64,000 nt of DNA from Chthoniobacterales bacterium (GCA_038207335.1 JBBQZX010000032.1:1-64000), one strand, 5' to 3'. Counted from the first letter of the stretch, positions 27,156-36,412 are shown. Numbers and translations are program-made. Notes: a model not told the origin generated them from the letters alone.

Positions 27156-27545
27156 TCAACTTTCTGCCAGGTCGTCGAACGAACCCGGCTGAAACGGCTC
27201 CAGCGCGGCTTGCTCGTCGCGGAAGAACTCGGCTTTGGACTTACCCATCTTGCGGCCCTTCTGCGTGTGACAGTCGAAGGCGTAGTCTGGAATCTTTTCT
27301 CGCCCGGCGCGTTGAAGTTCGTCGGCGAGTTTGTCCGCATCGAGGCCGGCGCACTGGTCATACACGAAGTTCTGCAAATGGTCGGCGTCGCGGTTCTTCT
27401 TCGCCGCGCACAGGAGGATTACGCCCTTGCTGATGAAAATGCGGCCCTTGGCCTGCTTCGCTGGCACGGTGGCGTTCACCATCGCGTAGCTATCGTGCAA
27501 AGCCTTTACCTCCTGAGTCAGAATGCCCCAGCAATCCTCACTCAA
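27156..27545 (-). pseudogene. RarA/MgsA C-terminal-like gene, 5'-truncated (copy 2)
   Basis: EDCWGILTQEVKALHD...KNRDADHLQNFVYD closely matches 13903-14290 but lacks the N-terminal part. Confidence 0.75.
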
Positions 27546-27576
27546 GCTTCTCCATCAATGACTTACGTCGGAGACG

Positions 27577-28887
27577 GTGGCTTGCCTGACAAATTGCATG
27601 ACAAGGTTGACTCCCGCGCCCAACCAAATGAGCGCACGCAAGCAAACGCCAGTCACGGTCAGCAATGACCAGCACGAGATCAAAATCTACACGTCGGAGA
27701 GCCACGGGAAGCCGCTCTTCCAACTCTCCTACTACCGGGGCGGGAAACGGGAGCGGCGCAGCTTCGCCGACTTGAACGAAGCCAAGCGCGAGGCGCGCAT
27801 CATCCTCGGTGACCTCGCGCGTGATAGCATCCAGGCCGAGAACCTATCGGCGGCCGAGATCGAGAGTTACACGGTCGCGCGTCGTGTGCTCGCAGCGCAC
27901 AACACGCCCGTGCATGTCGCCGCGGAAGCCTATGCCGCCGCGCGTGAGCAGCTCCCGGCTTCGGTTTCCATCCATGATGCGGTGCGCTACTTCGTGCAGT
28001 TCAATCGCGGCGTGGAGCGCCGGGAGATGCGCGACTTGCTCGACGAGTATCTCGGCGCGCGGCGGGCCAGCGGAGTTTCCGAGCCCTACGTCTGGCTGAT
28101 GCGGCGCAACGTGGGCCGGCTCGCCAAGTTCACAGCGGGGCGGATGCTGCCGGATCTGCGGGCGCGTGACCTCGATGATTGTTTGCAGCAGGCGACCCTC
28201 GCGCCGCTCACGAAGAATAACATCCGCGACCACATCCTGACGTTCTGCCGGTGGGCAATCGGTCGCGGCTACCTACCGCGCGACTGGCGGGAGTTTGAAG
28301 AGTCGGTGACGTATCAGGTGCCGCCGCAGGACGTGACGATCTTCACGCCGGATGAAATGGCGCGGCTGCTGACGACGTCGGGCGGGCATCTGGCGACGCC
28401 GTTCCTCGCCATCGGTGCCTTCGCCGGCCTGCGCTCCGCTGAGATTGAGCGGTTGGACTGGAAGAACGTGAGCTTTGAACGCAGCTTCATCGAAGTTCGG
28501 GCCGCGACGTGCAAGACGCGTGCGCGGCGGCTCGTGCCGATTAGCGACAATCTCCGCGCATGGCTGAAACCCTTCGCGATGCCATCGGGGCCGGTCGTGC
28601 CGTATCGCGGCGTGGCCAACGTCCACGCGCGCCTCTCCGTGCGTGCTGGCGTGGAGTGGAAGAAGAACGCCCTGCGCCACAGCTTCGTGTCCTACCGGCT
28701 CGCGCTCACGCATGACCCCGCGAGAACCGCGCTGGAAGCCGGGCATGACCAGAACATCCTGTTCCGCCATTACCGCGAAGTGGTGACGCCAGAGCTTGCC
28801 GCGAAGTGGTTCGCTATCATGCCGCCGCTGGAGATGGAGCGCGGGATGATCGGCATCGGGCGGGCGGCGAAGGACGCGTATAAGTGA
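27577..28887 (+). CDS. Tyrosine recombinase / phage integrase (start possibly 27628)
   Basis: GLRSAE (R), CKT (K), NALRHSF, AGH, FRHY (Y) catalytic motifs. Confidence 0.93.
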   Translation: MACLTNCMTRLTPAPNQMSARKQTPVTVSNDQHEIKIYTSESHGKPLFQLSYYRGGKRERRSFADLNEAKREARIILGDLARDSIQAENLSAAEIESYTVARRVLAAHNTPVHVAAEAYAAAREQLPASVSIHDAVRYFVQFNRGVERREMRDLLDEYLGARRASGVSEPYVWLMRRNVGRLAKFTAGRMLPDLRARDLDDCLQQATLAPLTKNNIRDHILTFCRWAIGRGYLPRDWREFEESVTYQVPPQDVTIFTPDEMARLLTTSGGHLATPFLAIGAFAGLRSAEIERLDWKNVSFERSFIEVRAATCKTRARRLVPISDNLRAWLKPFAMPSGPVVPYRGVANVHARLSVRAGVEWKKNALRHSFVSYRLALTHDPARTALEAGHDQNILFRHYREVVTPELAAKWFAIMPPLEMERGMIGIGRAAKDAYK

Positions 28888-28900
28888 CCCGATTCCCGAT

Positions 28901-28920
28901 AGTTCGTGTCGACACGAACT
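28901..28920. promoter_or_regulatory. Perfect 20-bp palindrome, candidate operator
   Basis: AGTTCGTGTC-GACACGAACT between the integrase and the HTH gene; TTGACA at 28940. Confidence 0.55.
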
Positions 28921-28958
28921 TCGTCGCACGGACTGCTGGTTGACAGCGCGGAGCGGGT

Positions 28959-29213
28959 GTGAACCAAGACAACTCCTCTCTCTCCAACATCTCCGTGCCC
29001 GGCTGGATCACGGAAGCGCAGCTCTCGCAGCGTCTCCAGGTCTCGACGCGGCACTTGATCAACCTGCGCAAGTGCGGCCTGCCCTTCATCCAGTTGGGCA
29101 ACAGCGTGCGCTACGACCTCGAAGAGGTTGAGCGGTATCTGCGCAGCAATCGCCGGCTCAGCAGCCACGTCACGCGCCAGCAGCGCCGCAAGATTCTGGA
29201 GGGCTCGAAATGA
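28959..29213 (+). CDS. Excisionase/AlpA-like HTH DNA-binding protein
   Basis: ITEAQLSQRLQVSTRHLINLRKCGLPFIQLGNSVRY, directly downstream of the integrase. Confidence 0.85.
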   Translation: MNQDNSSLSNISVPGWITEAQLSQRLQVSTRHLINLRKCGLPFIQLGNSVRYDLEEVERYLRSNRRLSSHVTRQQRRKILEGSK

Positions 29214-29695
29214 GCACCGCGCCGAATGGATATGGCTGGGCCGACTGCGGTGGCGGCGAGCGGCGGCTTGAGGCCACGGTCACGCCCGACATGGCCGGAG
29301 AAATCGACGGCGACACGGAGCAGCAGCAGACGGATTTCACCGTCGCGGCGGAGTTGCTGCACGAGATCCTCGCGTTCTGCTTCGCCTATCGCGGTGGCAA
29401 GCCGCAGCCGAAGCTGCACGTCGCGTTTCGGAGGTTCGTCTGCATCACGTGGCTGACGAGGCCCGAACTTTTGGGCGACAAGCCGCTGATGGACCTCGGG
29501 CCGGAACTGGGCTGCACGCGGGCGAATCTGTCGAAGTTGATCCGCGACTTCGGCGACAGCCTGGGTGGCCTTCGCAACCGGCTGCAGAAGACGGAGGGCG
29601 CGCCAAATCTACTCCACGGCGCAGCTCAAGGACCACTGGCGGAATCGGGCAAAAAAGAAACCGCCCGCCTCCGAAGAGACGGGCGGCTGCCATGA
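29210..29695 (+). CDS. Hypothetical mobile-element protein with possible C-terminal HTH
   Basis: Coupled ATGA start; LGPELGCTRANLSKLI. Confidence 0.6.
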   Translation: MSTAPNGYGWADCGGGERRLEATVTPDMAGEIDGDTEQQQTDFTVAAELLHEILAFCFAYRGGKPQPKLHVAFRRFVCITWLTRPELLGDKPLMDLGPELGCTRANLSKLIRDFGDSLGGLRNRLQKTEGAPNLLHGAAQGPLAESGKKETARLRRDGRLP

Positions 29696-30084
29696 ACACT
29701 CGAAAGCACCAACGCAGGAGCTTCCACATGACTGAGGGTGTCAAAGTCATGCTCTGCCCAACCGGCGAACGCATCGTGGCGGATGAGGATGACCTGCGCG
29801 TGCAGGCCACGGCGTTGCGCCTGGGAGTGCTCGAGCAGTTGAGCGCGGCGGTTCGCAACGGCAACGGCCAGCGCGGCGCGTCCATCATCACGAAGGACGG
29901 TGCGCAGTTCGTGGCAGTCATCCGGTGGGCCGGGTTCGCCAAGGCGTCGAACAACGGCTGGGCGAGTTTCGCAGTCACGCCGGCCAACGAGAAAACGGCG
30001 GGCTGGCTGATGGATGCCTGCCGCATCCTGATTGATGGCGATACCGTGGGCCTGACGCCCGCAGACACGTCATGGCGCAACTGA
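29692..30084 (+). CDS. Hypothetical protein
   Basis: MNTRKHQRR start overlaps the upstream stop. Confidence 0.55.
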   Translation: MNTRKHQRRSFHMTEGVKVMLCPTGERIVADEDDLRVQATALRLGVLEQLSAAVRNGNGQRGASIITKDGAQFVAVIRWAGFAKASNNGWASFAVTPANEKTAGWLMDACRILIDGDTVGLTPADTSWRN

Positions 30085-30521
30085 CGCAGCTCCCGCGCTT
30101 CGTTCTCGATCTGCTCGCCGCGTGCCCCTCTGCGGGCGCGGGCGTGCATAACCACTTGTTCCGCCTCGCCCGTGTGTTGCATCCGTTTTACGCGTACAAA
30201 GCCGAGATGGCCGCGCTCATTGCCGCGTCGGTGGCGGGCTGCGGGCGCGACGTGCCCGCGAGCGAGATCGAGCACGCCGAGCGTAAGTGGCGTGCGGACT
30301 TCGCCCACATCGAGAGCCGGACGCTCATCGAGATCGAGGGCGGGCTATGGATTCAGGGGCGCCACAATCGCCCGCAGGGGTTCGCCGCTGACGCCGAGAA
30401 GTATCTGGAGGCGGCAATGGCCGGCTGGCGCGTCCTCCGCCTTACCGAACTTCAGATCACCGCCCCGATGATCGAGCGCATCGTCGTCTTCATCCGCACC
30501 GCAGGTGTAAAGTCGGTGTAA
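30072..30521 (+). CDS. Probable chimeric ORF: primase-associated-like N-terminus joined to a PD-(D/E)xK (DUF559/Vsr-like) nuclease C-terminus
   Basis: RKWRADFAH...IEIEGGLWIQGRH...DAEKY..A...GWRVLR phage nuclease signature follows an apparently unrelated helical N-terminus. Confidence 0.6.
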   Translation: MAQLTQLPRFVLDLLAACPSAGAGVHNHLFRLARVLHPFYAYKAEMAALIAASVAGCGRDVPASEIEHAERKWRADFAHIESRTLIEIEGGLWIQGRHNRPQGFAADAEKYLEAAMAGWRVLRLTELQITAPMIERIVVFIRTAGVKSV

Positions 30522-30746
30522 GGTTGCGGCCCAACCTTACACGTTCTGAAGCCCGAATTTCCGCACGAGGCCGCGCGAGTGGTGCCAGAGTAGGTGATTC
30601 GCACAATGCCGCGAAATTTGCTTCGTGGAGAGTGTTTCAGCGCTCGTTCGGGGCGTCAAAAAGTGTAAAGCGCGAAAAACAGCCCCTCATGGTTTTGAAG
30701 GGATGGTCGCTTTACCCAAGTGACAATCATGTCGTCGTAAAAGATT
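30503..30746 (+). repeat. Non-coding motif module, copy 2, including an 11-bp-stem hairpin at 30516-30542
   Basis: AGGTGTAAAG-N21-ACCTTACAC ... TCGTAAAAGATT; GTGTAAGGTTG cggcc CAACCTTACAC. Confidence 0.7.
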
Positions 30747-30938
30747 GCTTCGTGTTTCGGTCTGCGGTGCCCGCCATGTCGGGCCATCATCACCTTCATC
30801 CACCTTGCTTGTGGGAGGGGCGGGGCAACCTGCAGATTGCTTCGCGTCGTCACGAGGCGCGTTAGATAAGACAGTCCTCGCCTCCTCCCGCAGGCTCGCC
30901 AACACCGAACTGTATCATAGACCCATCGAGTCTGAACT

Positions 30939-31379
30939 TTACGAAGCTGGTGTAGCCGGGCCTGCTTTCACAAGCGTGGTGGCGTGGAGGCCCTCCACCT
31001 TGGGCATCGGGCCCACGGGCGAAGGCGTGGCGGCCACGGTCATGTCGGCGCTGGTCACGATTTCCTCGGGCGGGTTGAGCGGGTCCACACTGGCGTTGGC
31101 TTTGTCGGCCACATAATTTGCCTCGCTGTTGAGCAGCCCCTCCCCGGCGTTGCGCATGGCGCGGATGGCCACCGTCTTCGTCTGGGCCTGGCTGAGCAGG
31201 GCATCGCGATCGGCGATGAGGATGCCTAGAAAGTAGGCGTTGGTCGTGAGGTCGGCGAGCGGCGGAGTGGGGCTGGTGAAGTTCGTATTGCCAGTCATCG
31301 CGGTGACGATGGCCTTTTCCCTGGCGACAAATTCGAGGTCGGTGAGGCTTTTAAGATCGAGTTTAACGTGGACGGGCAT
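30939..31379 (-). pseudogene. Fibronectin-III-associated protein, probably 3'-truncated
   Basis: IVTAMTGNTNFTSPTPPLADL helical N-domain typical of this family; ORF ends just after PVGPMPKVEGLHAT, where an FN3 domain would begin. Confidence 0.55.
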
Positions 31380-31472
31380 GGGGTGCTATGGGGTTGCTGC
31401 GTGGGTTGTTGGGTTTTGCTGCGGTTCTGGGAGGTTTTTCTGGAAAAGCTCAGTTTGGGAAAAGATGAGATC

Positions 31473-31521
31473 GTAGGGCGACCGCATCGGTTGCCCGGGG
31501 CAGGCGGAGCCCCCGCCCTAC
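31473..31521. repeat. GTAG-type REP-like palindrome; partial second copy at about 32015-32040
   Basis: GTAGGGCG...CGCCCTAC; GGGCAGGCGGAGC(C/G)CCCGCCCTACAA recurs. Confidence 0.65.
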
Positions 31522-31564
31522 AAAAAGGGCCCGAAAAGTGGCGATTTTTGCGCAAAGAGTCTTC

Positions 31565-31850
31565 GGAAAATGATTTTCCGGATACTCCCAGCCATTTTTC
31601 CAATACGCGGAGCGGCTCCACAGGCCAGCCCAGCCGCTTCGCTGCAATGCGAAACGGCTTTCCCGGCCAGCCCCGCCACTTTGCTGGCTAGCGGCGAGGC
31701 TTGCCCCTGTCCGCCCAGCCATTTTCCCGACACGCGGAGCGACTTCGCTGAAGGTCCCAGCCCTTTCGCAGACACGCGAAACGACTTCGCCGGAGATCCC
31801 AGCCCCTTCGCCGACCAGCGGAGTGGCTGGGCAGGTGAGGCCGGAGGCTG
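31565..31850 (+). repeat. Degenerate 21-nt-period tandem repeat
   Basis: Translates as heptads PSHFPDT/RSDFAEG/PSPFADT/RNDFAGD/PSPFADQ, interrupted by a stop and a frame change. Confidence 0.65.
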
Positions 31851-32138
31851 GCTCCAATGGCCCGAAGACGGCGCTCTTTCTCCGAACGACCCGCGGCACA
31901 GAGCCAGCGCGAGCCCTCAGGAGGAGCATGATATCCATCATGGGAAGCGGAACGGCCGCACCCTGCCCCCCGCCCCGCGCCGACCGCAAGGCTTTTTTCC
32001 CGCGACGTCGGCTCGGGCAGGCGGAGCGCCCGCCCTACAATTGCCAGGGGCGCGTGGGAGATCGGCGCTGCCGGCTTGGATCAGGCGGGGAGGCGGATGT
32101 AAGGGGGGGGACTGGGCGGGGCCGCGGCGGGGCCGCGG

Positions 32139-35100
32139 TCAGGGGAGCTCGACTCGGGCGCGGTAGAAGGCGGCGGTGGAGGGGGCAGAGGGGTCGGTGA
32201 GGGGGACGGGGGCGTCGGCGCTGAGGGTGCCGCTGGTGGTGACGGTGGTCCAGGTGGGGGCGGCGAGTGTGAGCTTTCGCTCGAGGATGTAGCGGCGTCC
32301 GATTTTACCGGGGACGGTGACGGTGAAGGTGGTGGTGGTGCGGGTCGAGCTGGCGATTTTAAAGACGTCGGCGGCGGAGGCGGGGTCGGTGCCGGCGAGG
32401 TATTCGGCGGCGTTGTTTTGGCCGTCGGTGTCTTTGTCGAGGAGGGCGTCGGTGGCAGAGTAGGGGTTGAGGCCGTGGGTGGATTCCCAGGCGTCGGGGA
32501 GGCCGTCGTTGTCGCTGTCGGGGTCTTCGAGGTTGGCGAGGCCGTCGCCGTCGGTGTCGCCGGTGCCCTCGATGAGGTCGGGGATGCCGTCGTGGTCGAA
32601 GTCACCGTCGCTGAGGGCGAGCCAGTCGATGTCGAAGGTGGAGCCGGTGCTGCCGGTGGGGTCGAAGCGGAGGTCGGTGATGATTTGCGCCTTCCAGTCG
32701 GCGTGTGCTGAGACGTCGAAGAGCAGCGCTTTCCAGGTCTGGGAAGTGGTGTAGCTGGCGGTGCTCGAGCGCGGACCGACATATCCGCCCGCGCCGACGC
32801 GGCCCCAGAACCACTGTGCGCTGCCGCTCGCGCTGCCGCGATATTTCACGAGAAGATGTTTCGCGAGGTCGCCGCTGACGTAGGCGGCGTTGAGCTTGTA
32901 AGTCCACGGATCGCTGCTGGTTGCCGTGCCGCTGAGGGTGCCGCCGGATGCCGTGAGGCCGCTGACGTTTGTGCCGCTCCAGCCCTCCAGATTTCCGACG
33001 GTATTGAAGTCCCAGCGGGCGTCGAGGGAAAGCGCGAGGGTCTGCTCGGTGAAGGTTTTCACGGTGCCGTCGTCGGCGCTGGCGCGGAGGGTGTAGGTGC
33101 CGGCGGCGGTGAAGGCGGTCTTGGGGGAGGCGCTGTTTTGGATGGAAAATGTGACGGTGCCGGGGCCGCTGACTTTCTCCCAACTCCACGCGGGCGCGCC
33201 GCTGGTGAGGGCGGTGAGGGTGAAGCCATTGGCGGCGCTGGGGTTCTGCGCGGCGGGGAGCTCGATGACGGGGGCGACGGGGGTGGGGGAGGTTTCGAGG
33301 AGGGTGAGGTTGTCGAGGGTGGCGGTGGTGGTCGCGGTGTTTGTGCTGCTGGCGATGAGGAGGCCGGCGTAGAGGGTGGGGGGCATGTCGGGGAGGACGG
33401 TGGCCGGGCCGAGGGGTGTCCATGTGATGCCGTCGGCGGAGGTGGTGCAGGTGAAGGTGTTGCCGCTGCGGGCGAGGCGCACCCAGTAGGGCGCTGCGGG
33501 GGTGTCGGCGGTGATGGTGGTGTAGGCGGCGTCTTCTTCGCGGCGGGAAAAGCGCACGCCCCCGGCTTTGCGCGCGGTGGCGGCGAGGTTCGCACTTTCA
33601 CGCCCGAGAGTGGCGCGGAGGGCGATGCCCGCGAAGGCTTCGCTGGCCGCGCCGCTGCCAAAGCTGGCGACGCGCGCGGTGATGGTGCCGTCGCCGGTGA
33701 GGGGCTGCCAGTTGAAGCGCGCGGAGTCGCTGACTTCCTCGAAGCCCGCGCCGGCGCCGGTGAGCGCGGCGGTGGTGCCGGTGATGGTCTCGCTGCCGGT
33801 GGCGGTGACGCCGCCGATGTTCGCGGGAGTCCAAGGGCCGGTGAGGGTGCGCGCGGGGCTGGCGGGGATGGGGGTGACGGTGACGTTGTCGAACGAGGCG
33901 GCGCAGAGTGTGCCCGCGACGTGCGAGGTGACGGCGAGGCCGGCGTATGCGGTGCCAGGAAGGACGACGGACATCGCGGGCGCGGTGGGTGTCCAGGTGA
34001 CGCCATCGGCGGAGCGGAACGCATGGAAGAAGTCGCCGCGCCTTTCAAACCGAAGCCAATACGGCGCGGCGAATCCGGCGGTGACGGTGCTGGTGGTCGT
34101 CGCGCCATTCGTGGTGCGGAGCTGGCGCGAGATGCCGCTGGAGCCGGTGACTAAGAGCGCGCTGTTGGCGGAATTCGCGGCGAGGGAGCCGCGGAACATG
34201 GGGCCGGCTTTTGAGAAGGTGTTCGTGGCCTCGACGCTGACGACGCGGCACTGGATGCGGCAGTCGCCGGTTACCTGCTTGTTCACGAAATAGAAGCCGT
34301 CCGCGGTGCTCCAGATGTCCGCGCCGCTGCCGCTGACATTGAATGTCCCGCCCGCAATCGTGTGCGACCCTGCCGCGCCGACGGTGCCGATGTCCTGGCC
34401 GTTCCAGCCGAGCGGGAGCGCGGGAAAGACCTCGATGACGAGGGGTTCGGTGCGGCTCTGTGCGCCGTCGGTGGCGGTGACGTTGAAGAGATACGTGCCC
34501 GCGACGGGGAAGGTGATGCGCGCGGGCAGGGCGTTGGCGGGCGAGATGGCGGCGGCGCCGGGGCCGCTCGTTTGCGTGATCGCGACGGTGGGCGCGGCGC
34601 CGGTCACGGAGCCCTCGACGGTGAGTCCTTGGCCGACGAAAACGCCCGCGCGATTGGCCGCGGGGCGCGTGAGGGAGAAGTCGAATTGCGGGCCGACGTA
34701 GGTGGTTTTGAGTTCGCTCAAAAGCGCGCCGGTCGCTGCCGCATCGAGCGCGCCGCGGTAGAGCCGCACCTCGGCGATCGAGCCATTGAGATACCGCGCA
34801 ACGCCGCGGCTGCCGCCGAGCGTGAGCGTGGCCGAGCGGCGCGCGACGTCGATGAATTCAGGCCCCGCACGCGAGACGCCGCTCGCGAGCGTGTCCACGA
34901 AGACCTGCATGTTTTTGTCCGTGCCCGCGGCGTCGCCGACCACCTCCGAGCCGTCCCACGACGCGACCAGGACATGCCACTGACCATCCGCCAGCGACGC
35001 GCCGCCGGCATACAGGGAGGTGTCCGCATTCCCCACGCCGAGCGCCGGACGCCCGGTGCTCGCGAGCGAAACGCCCCAGTCGTTGAGCGTGCCGGTTTCG

Positions 35101-36224
35101 TCCGCATCGAGCAGGCCGGTGTTGTCGTACCAATTTCCCTGCGCCCCCGCGCCCACCGCATTGGCCTTGAAGACGAGCGCGACCGTGAACGCCGTTTCAC
35201 TCGCCACCGGATTCGAGGCCGCCGCCAAACCAAGGCGGGATGCGCCTCCGAAGCTCACCGCGGCTTTTCCAGTCGGCGTCGCCGCGGTCGCCAGCGTCGC
35301 CGTGCCAGCGCCGCTGTCCGTGCCTACATTCGTCCACGCATCCGTGCCGCCCTGCCGCGTCCACGATGCGACAGCGCCGCCATTCGCGATCGTTGACGCG
35401 AGATCTTGCGCCACCCATTTCATCTCGAGCGCGGTCGCCGTCGGGCGCGCCCAAGTGTGCCCGGTGACCGAGACGATCTGAGGATAGTCCGTGCGCACCC
35501 GCCCGTCGCGGTAGAACCCCGCGTCCGGCCCGGAGGTGACGCCGATGACCCACCAGCGCCCATTTTCAAACATGTAAAGCGGCCCGCCCGAATCGCCCGG
35601 CGCCGTGCCGCCCTCATATAAAGTGCTCGGCCGCGTCGCCACGCTCGGGGCCTCGTCGAAGTCGTAATAGAGGTAATCCGTGCTCACCGGATTCGGCGGA
35701 TTCGCGACGTTGTTCACCTCGATGCGATTCGTCATCGCGCGGAAAATGTAGTCGTAAGTCGGGTCTTCACCGGTGCCGAGCGCGGCGTGCCCGCCCTGCG
35801 CGACTTTCCACGCGAGTCGCCCGGTTTCGGTCGAATTCGCATAAGGCGCGGTCAGCTTCCCTGCCGTGCCGGTGAAGGCCGTGTCGAGCTTCACGACGAT
35901 GACATCCGCGCCGATCATCGTGAACGTCCCCGAGCGCGTCTGCCCATTCCATGTGATGCTCGTCGTGCCAGTCGCCGCGTAATTCACACAATGCGCCGCG
36001 CACAGCGCCACGTCCGGCGCGATGAGCACGGCCGTGCAGCCGCCGCCGGTCATGATCGCCTTCGAGGTGAAAGGCGCGAGGAGCGCGAGGTCTTTGGATT
36101 TCTGGTCGCCGGTGTCGCGGTTATACATCACCGCCACCGCACTCGGCAGCACGGCGACCACGGCCCACGCAGCAAGCACGAGAGCGATCTTGTTGAAAGA
36201 AAGACGAGTCGGGGAAGGGGACAT
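32139..36224 (-). CDS. Secreted multidomain trypsin-like serine protease with LamG/ConA-like, PKD-like and TSP3-like Ca-binding regions
   Basis: CAAHC, DVIVVKLD, GDSGGP triad; DGQWHVL; two PYWxRxxR lectin-like modules; DSDNDGLPDAWE. Confidence 0.88.
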   Translation of the reverse strand: MSPSPTRLSFNKIALVLAAWAVVAVLPSAVAVMYNRDTGDQKSKDLALLAPFTSKAIMTGGGCTAVLIAPDVALCAAHCVNYAATGTTSITWNGQTRSGTFTMIGADVIVVKLDTAFTGTAGKLTAPYANSTETGRLAWKVAQGGHAALGTGEDPTYDYIFRAMTNRIEVNNVANPPNPVSTDYLYYDFDEAPSVATRPSTLYEGGTAPGDSGGPLYMFENGRWWVIGVTSGPDAGFYRDGRVRTDYPQIVSVTGHTWARPTATALEMKWVAQDLASTIANGGAVASWTRQGGTDAWTNVGTDSGAGTATLATAATPTGKAAVSFGGASRLGLAAASNPVASETAFTVALVFKANAVGAGAQGNWYDNTGLLDADETGTLNDWGVSLASTGRPALGVGNADTSLYAGGASLADGQWHVLVASWDGSEVVGDAAGTDKNMQVFVDTLASGVSRAGPEFIDVARRSATLTLGGSRGVARYLNGSIAEVRLYRGALDAAATGALLSELKTTYVGPQFDFSLTRPAANRAGVFVGQGLTVEGSVTGAAPTVAITQTSGPGAAAISPANALPARITFPVAGTYLFNVTATDGAQSRTEPLVIEVFPALPLGWNGQDIGTVGAAGSHTIAGGTFNVSGSGADIWSTADGFYFVNKQVTGDCRIQCRVVSVEATNTFSKAGPMFRGSLAANSANSALLVTGSSGISRQLRTTNGATTTSTVTAGFAAPYWLRFERRGDFFHAFRSADGVTWTPTAPAMSVVLPGTAYAGLAVTSHVAGTLCAASFDNVTVTPIPASPARTLTGPWTPANIGGVTATGSETITGTTAALTGAGAGFEEVSDSARFNWQPLTGDGTITARVASFGSGAASEAFAGIALRATLGRESANLAATARKAGGVRFSRREEDAAYTTITADTPAAPYWVRLARSGNTFTCTTSADGITWTPLGPATVLPDMPPTLYAGLLIASSTNTATTTATLDNLTLLETSPTPVAPVIELPAAQNPSAANGFTLTALTSGAPAWSWEKVSGPGTVTFSIQNSASPKTAFTAAGTYTLRASADDGTVKTFTEQTLALSLDARWDFNTVGNLEGWSGTNVSGLTASGGTLSGTATSSDPWTYKLNAAYVSGDLAKHLLVKYRGSASGSAQWFWGRVGAGGYVGPRSSTASYTTSQTWKALLFDVSAHADWKAQIITDLRFDPTGSTGSTFDIDWLALSDGDFDHDGIPDLIEGTGDTDGDGLANLEDPDSDNDGLPDAWESTHGLNPYSATDALLDKDTDGQNNAAEYLAGTDPASAADVFKIASSTRTTTTFTVTVPGKIGRRYILERKLTLAAPTWTTVTTSGTLSADAPVPLTDPSAPSTAAFYRARVELP

Positions 36225-36412
36225 GTCAGGAGTTCGGAGGGGGATTGAAAAGCGTGCGGTGCGTCGGGGAGGGGAACCTTGTCAGGAGTTTGGAAGGGGG
36301 GACTGAAAAGTGGGGGGAAGAATGCGATTTGAACGAAACGGTTCCTAAACCGCCGATACTAAACCCACGATCGCGCCTCCGCAAATCCCCGTACCAAGGT
36401 TCCGATTCCGAG

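Larger units (their letters stand above)
142..30960. mobile_element. Mosaic genomic island of decayed integrative/phage-like segments carrying two cargo operons (boundaries approximate)
   Basis: Integrase + HTH gene, repeated pseudogenes, repeated motifs, truncated gene at the right edge. Confidence 0.6.

Noticed and set aside
30540..30660. Complete tRNA gene
   Set aside because: Only a 3'-end-like stretch; no D arm, anticodon arm or matching 5' acceptor strand found
31565..31850. Possible CRISPR array
   Set aside because: Units are contiguous and degenerate with no repeat-spacer structure; no cas genes in the window
32081..34108. Pro/Ser/Thr-rich ORFs resembling mucin-like proteins (also 43025-43555 and 52610-53422)
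   Set aside because: Alternate frames of C-rich coding sequence
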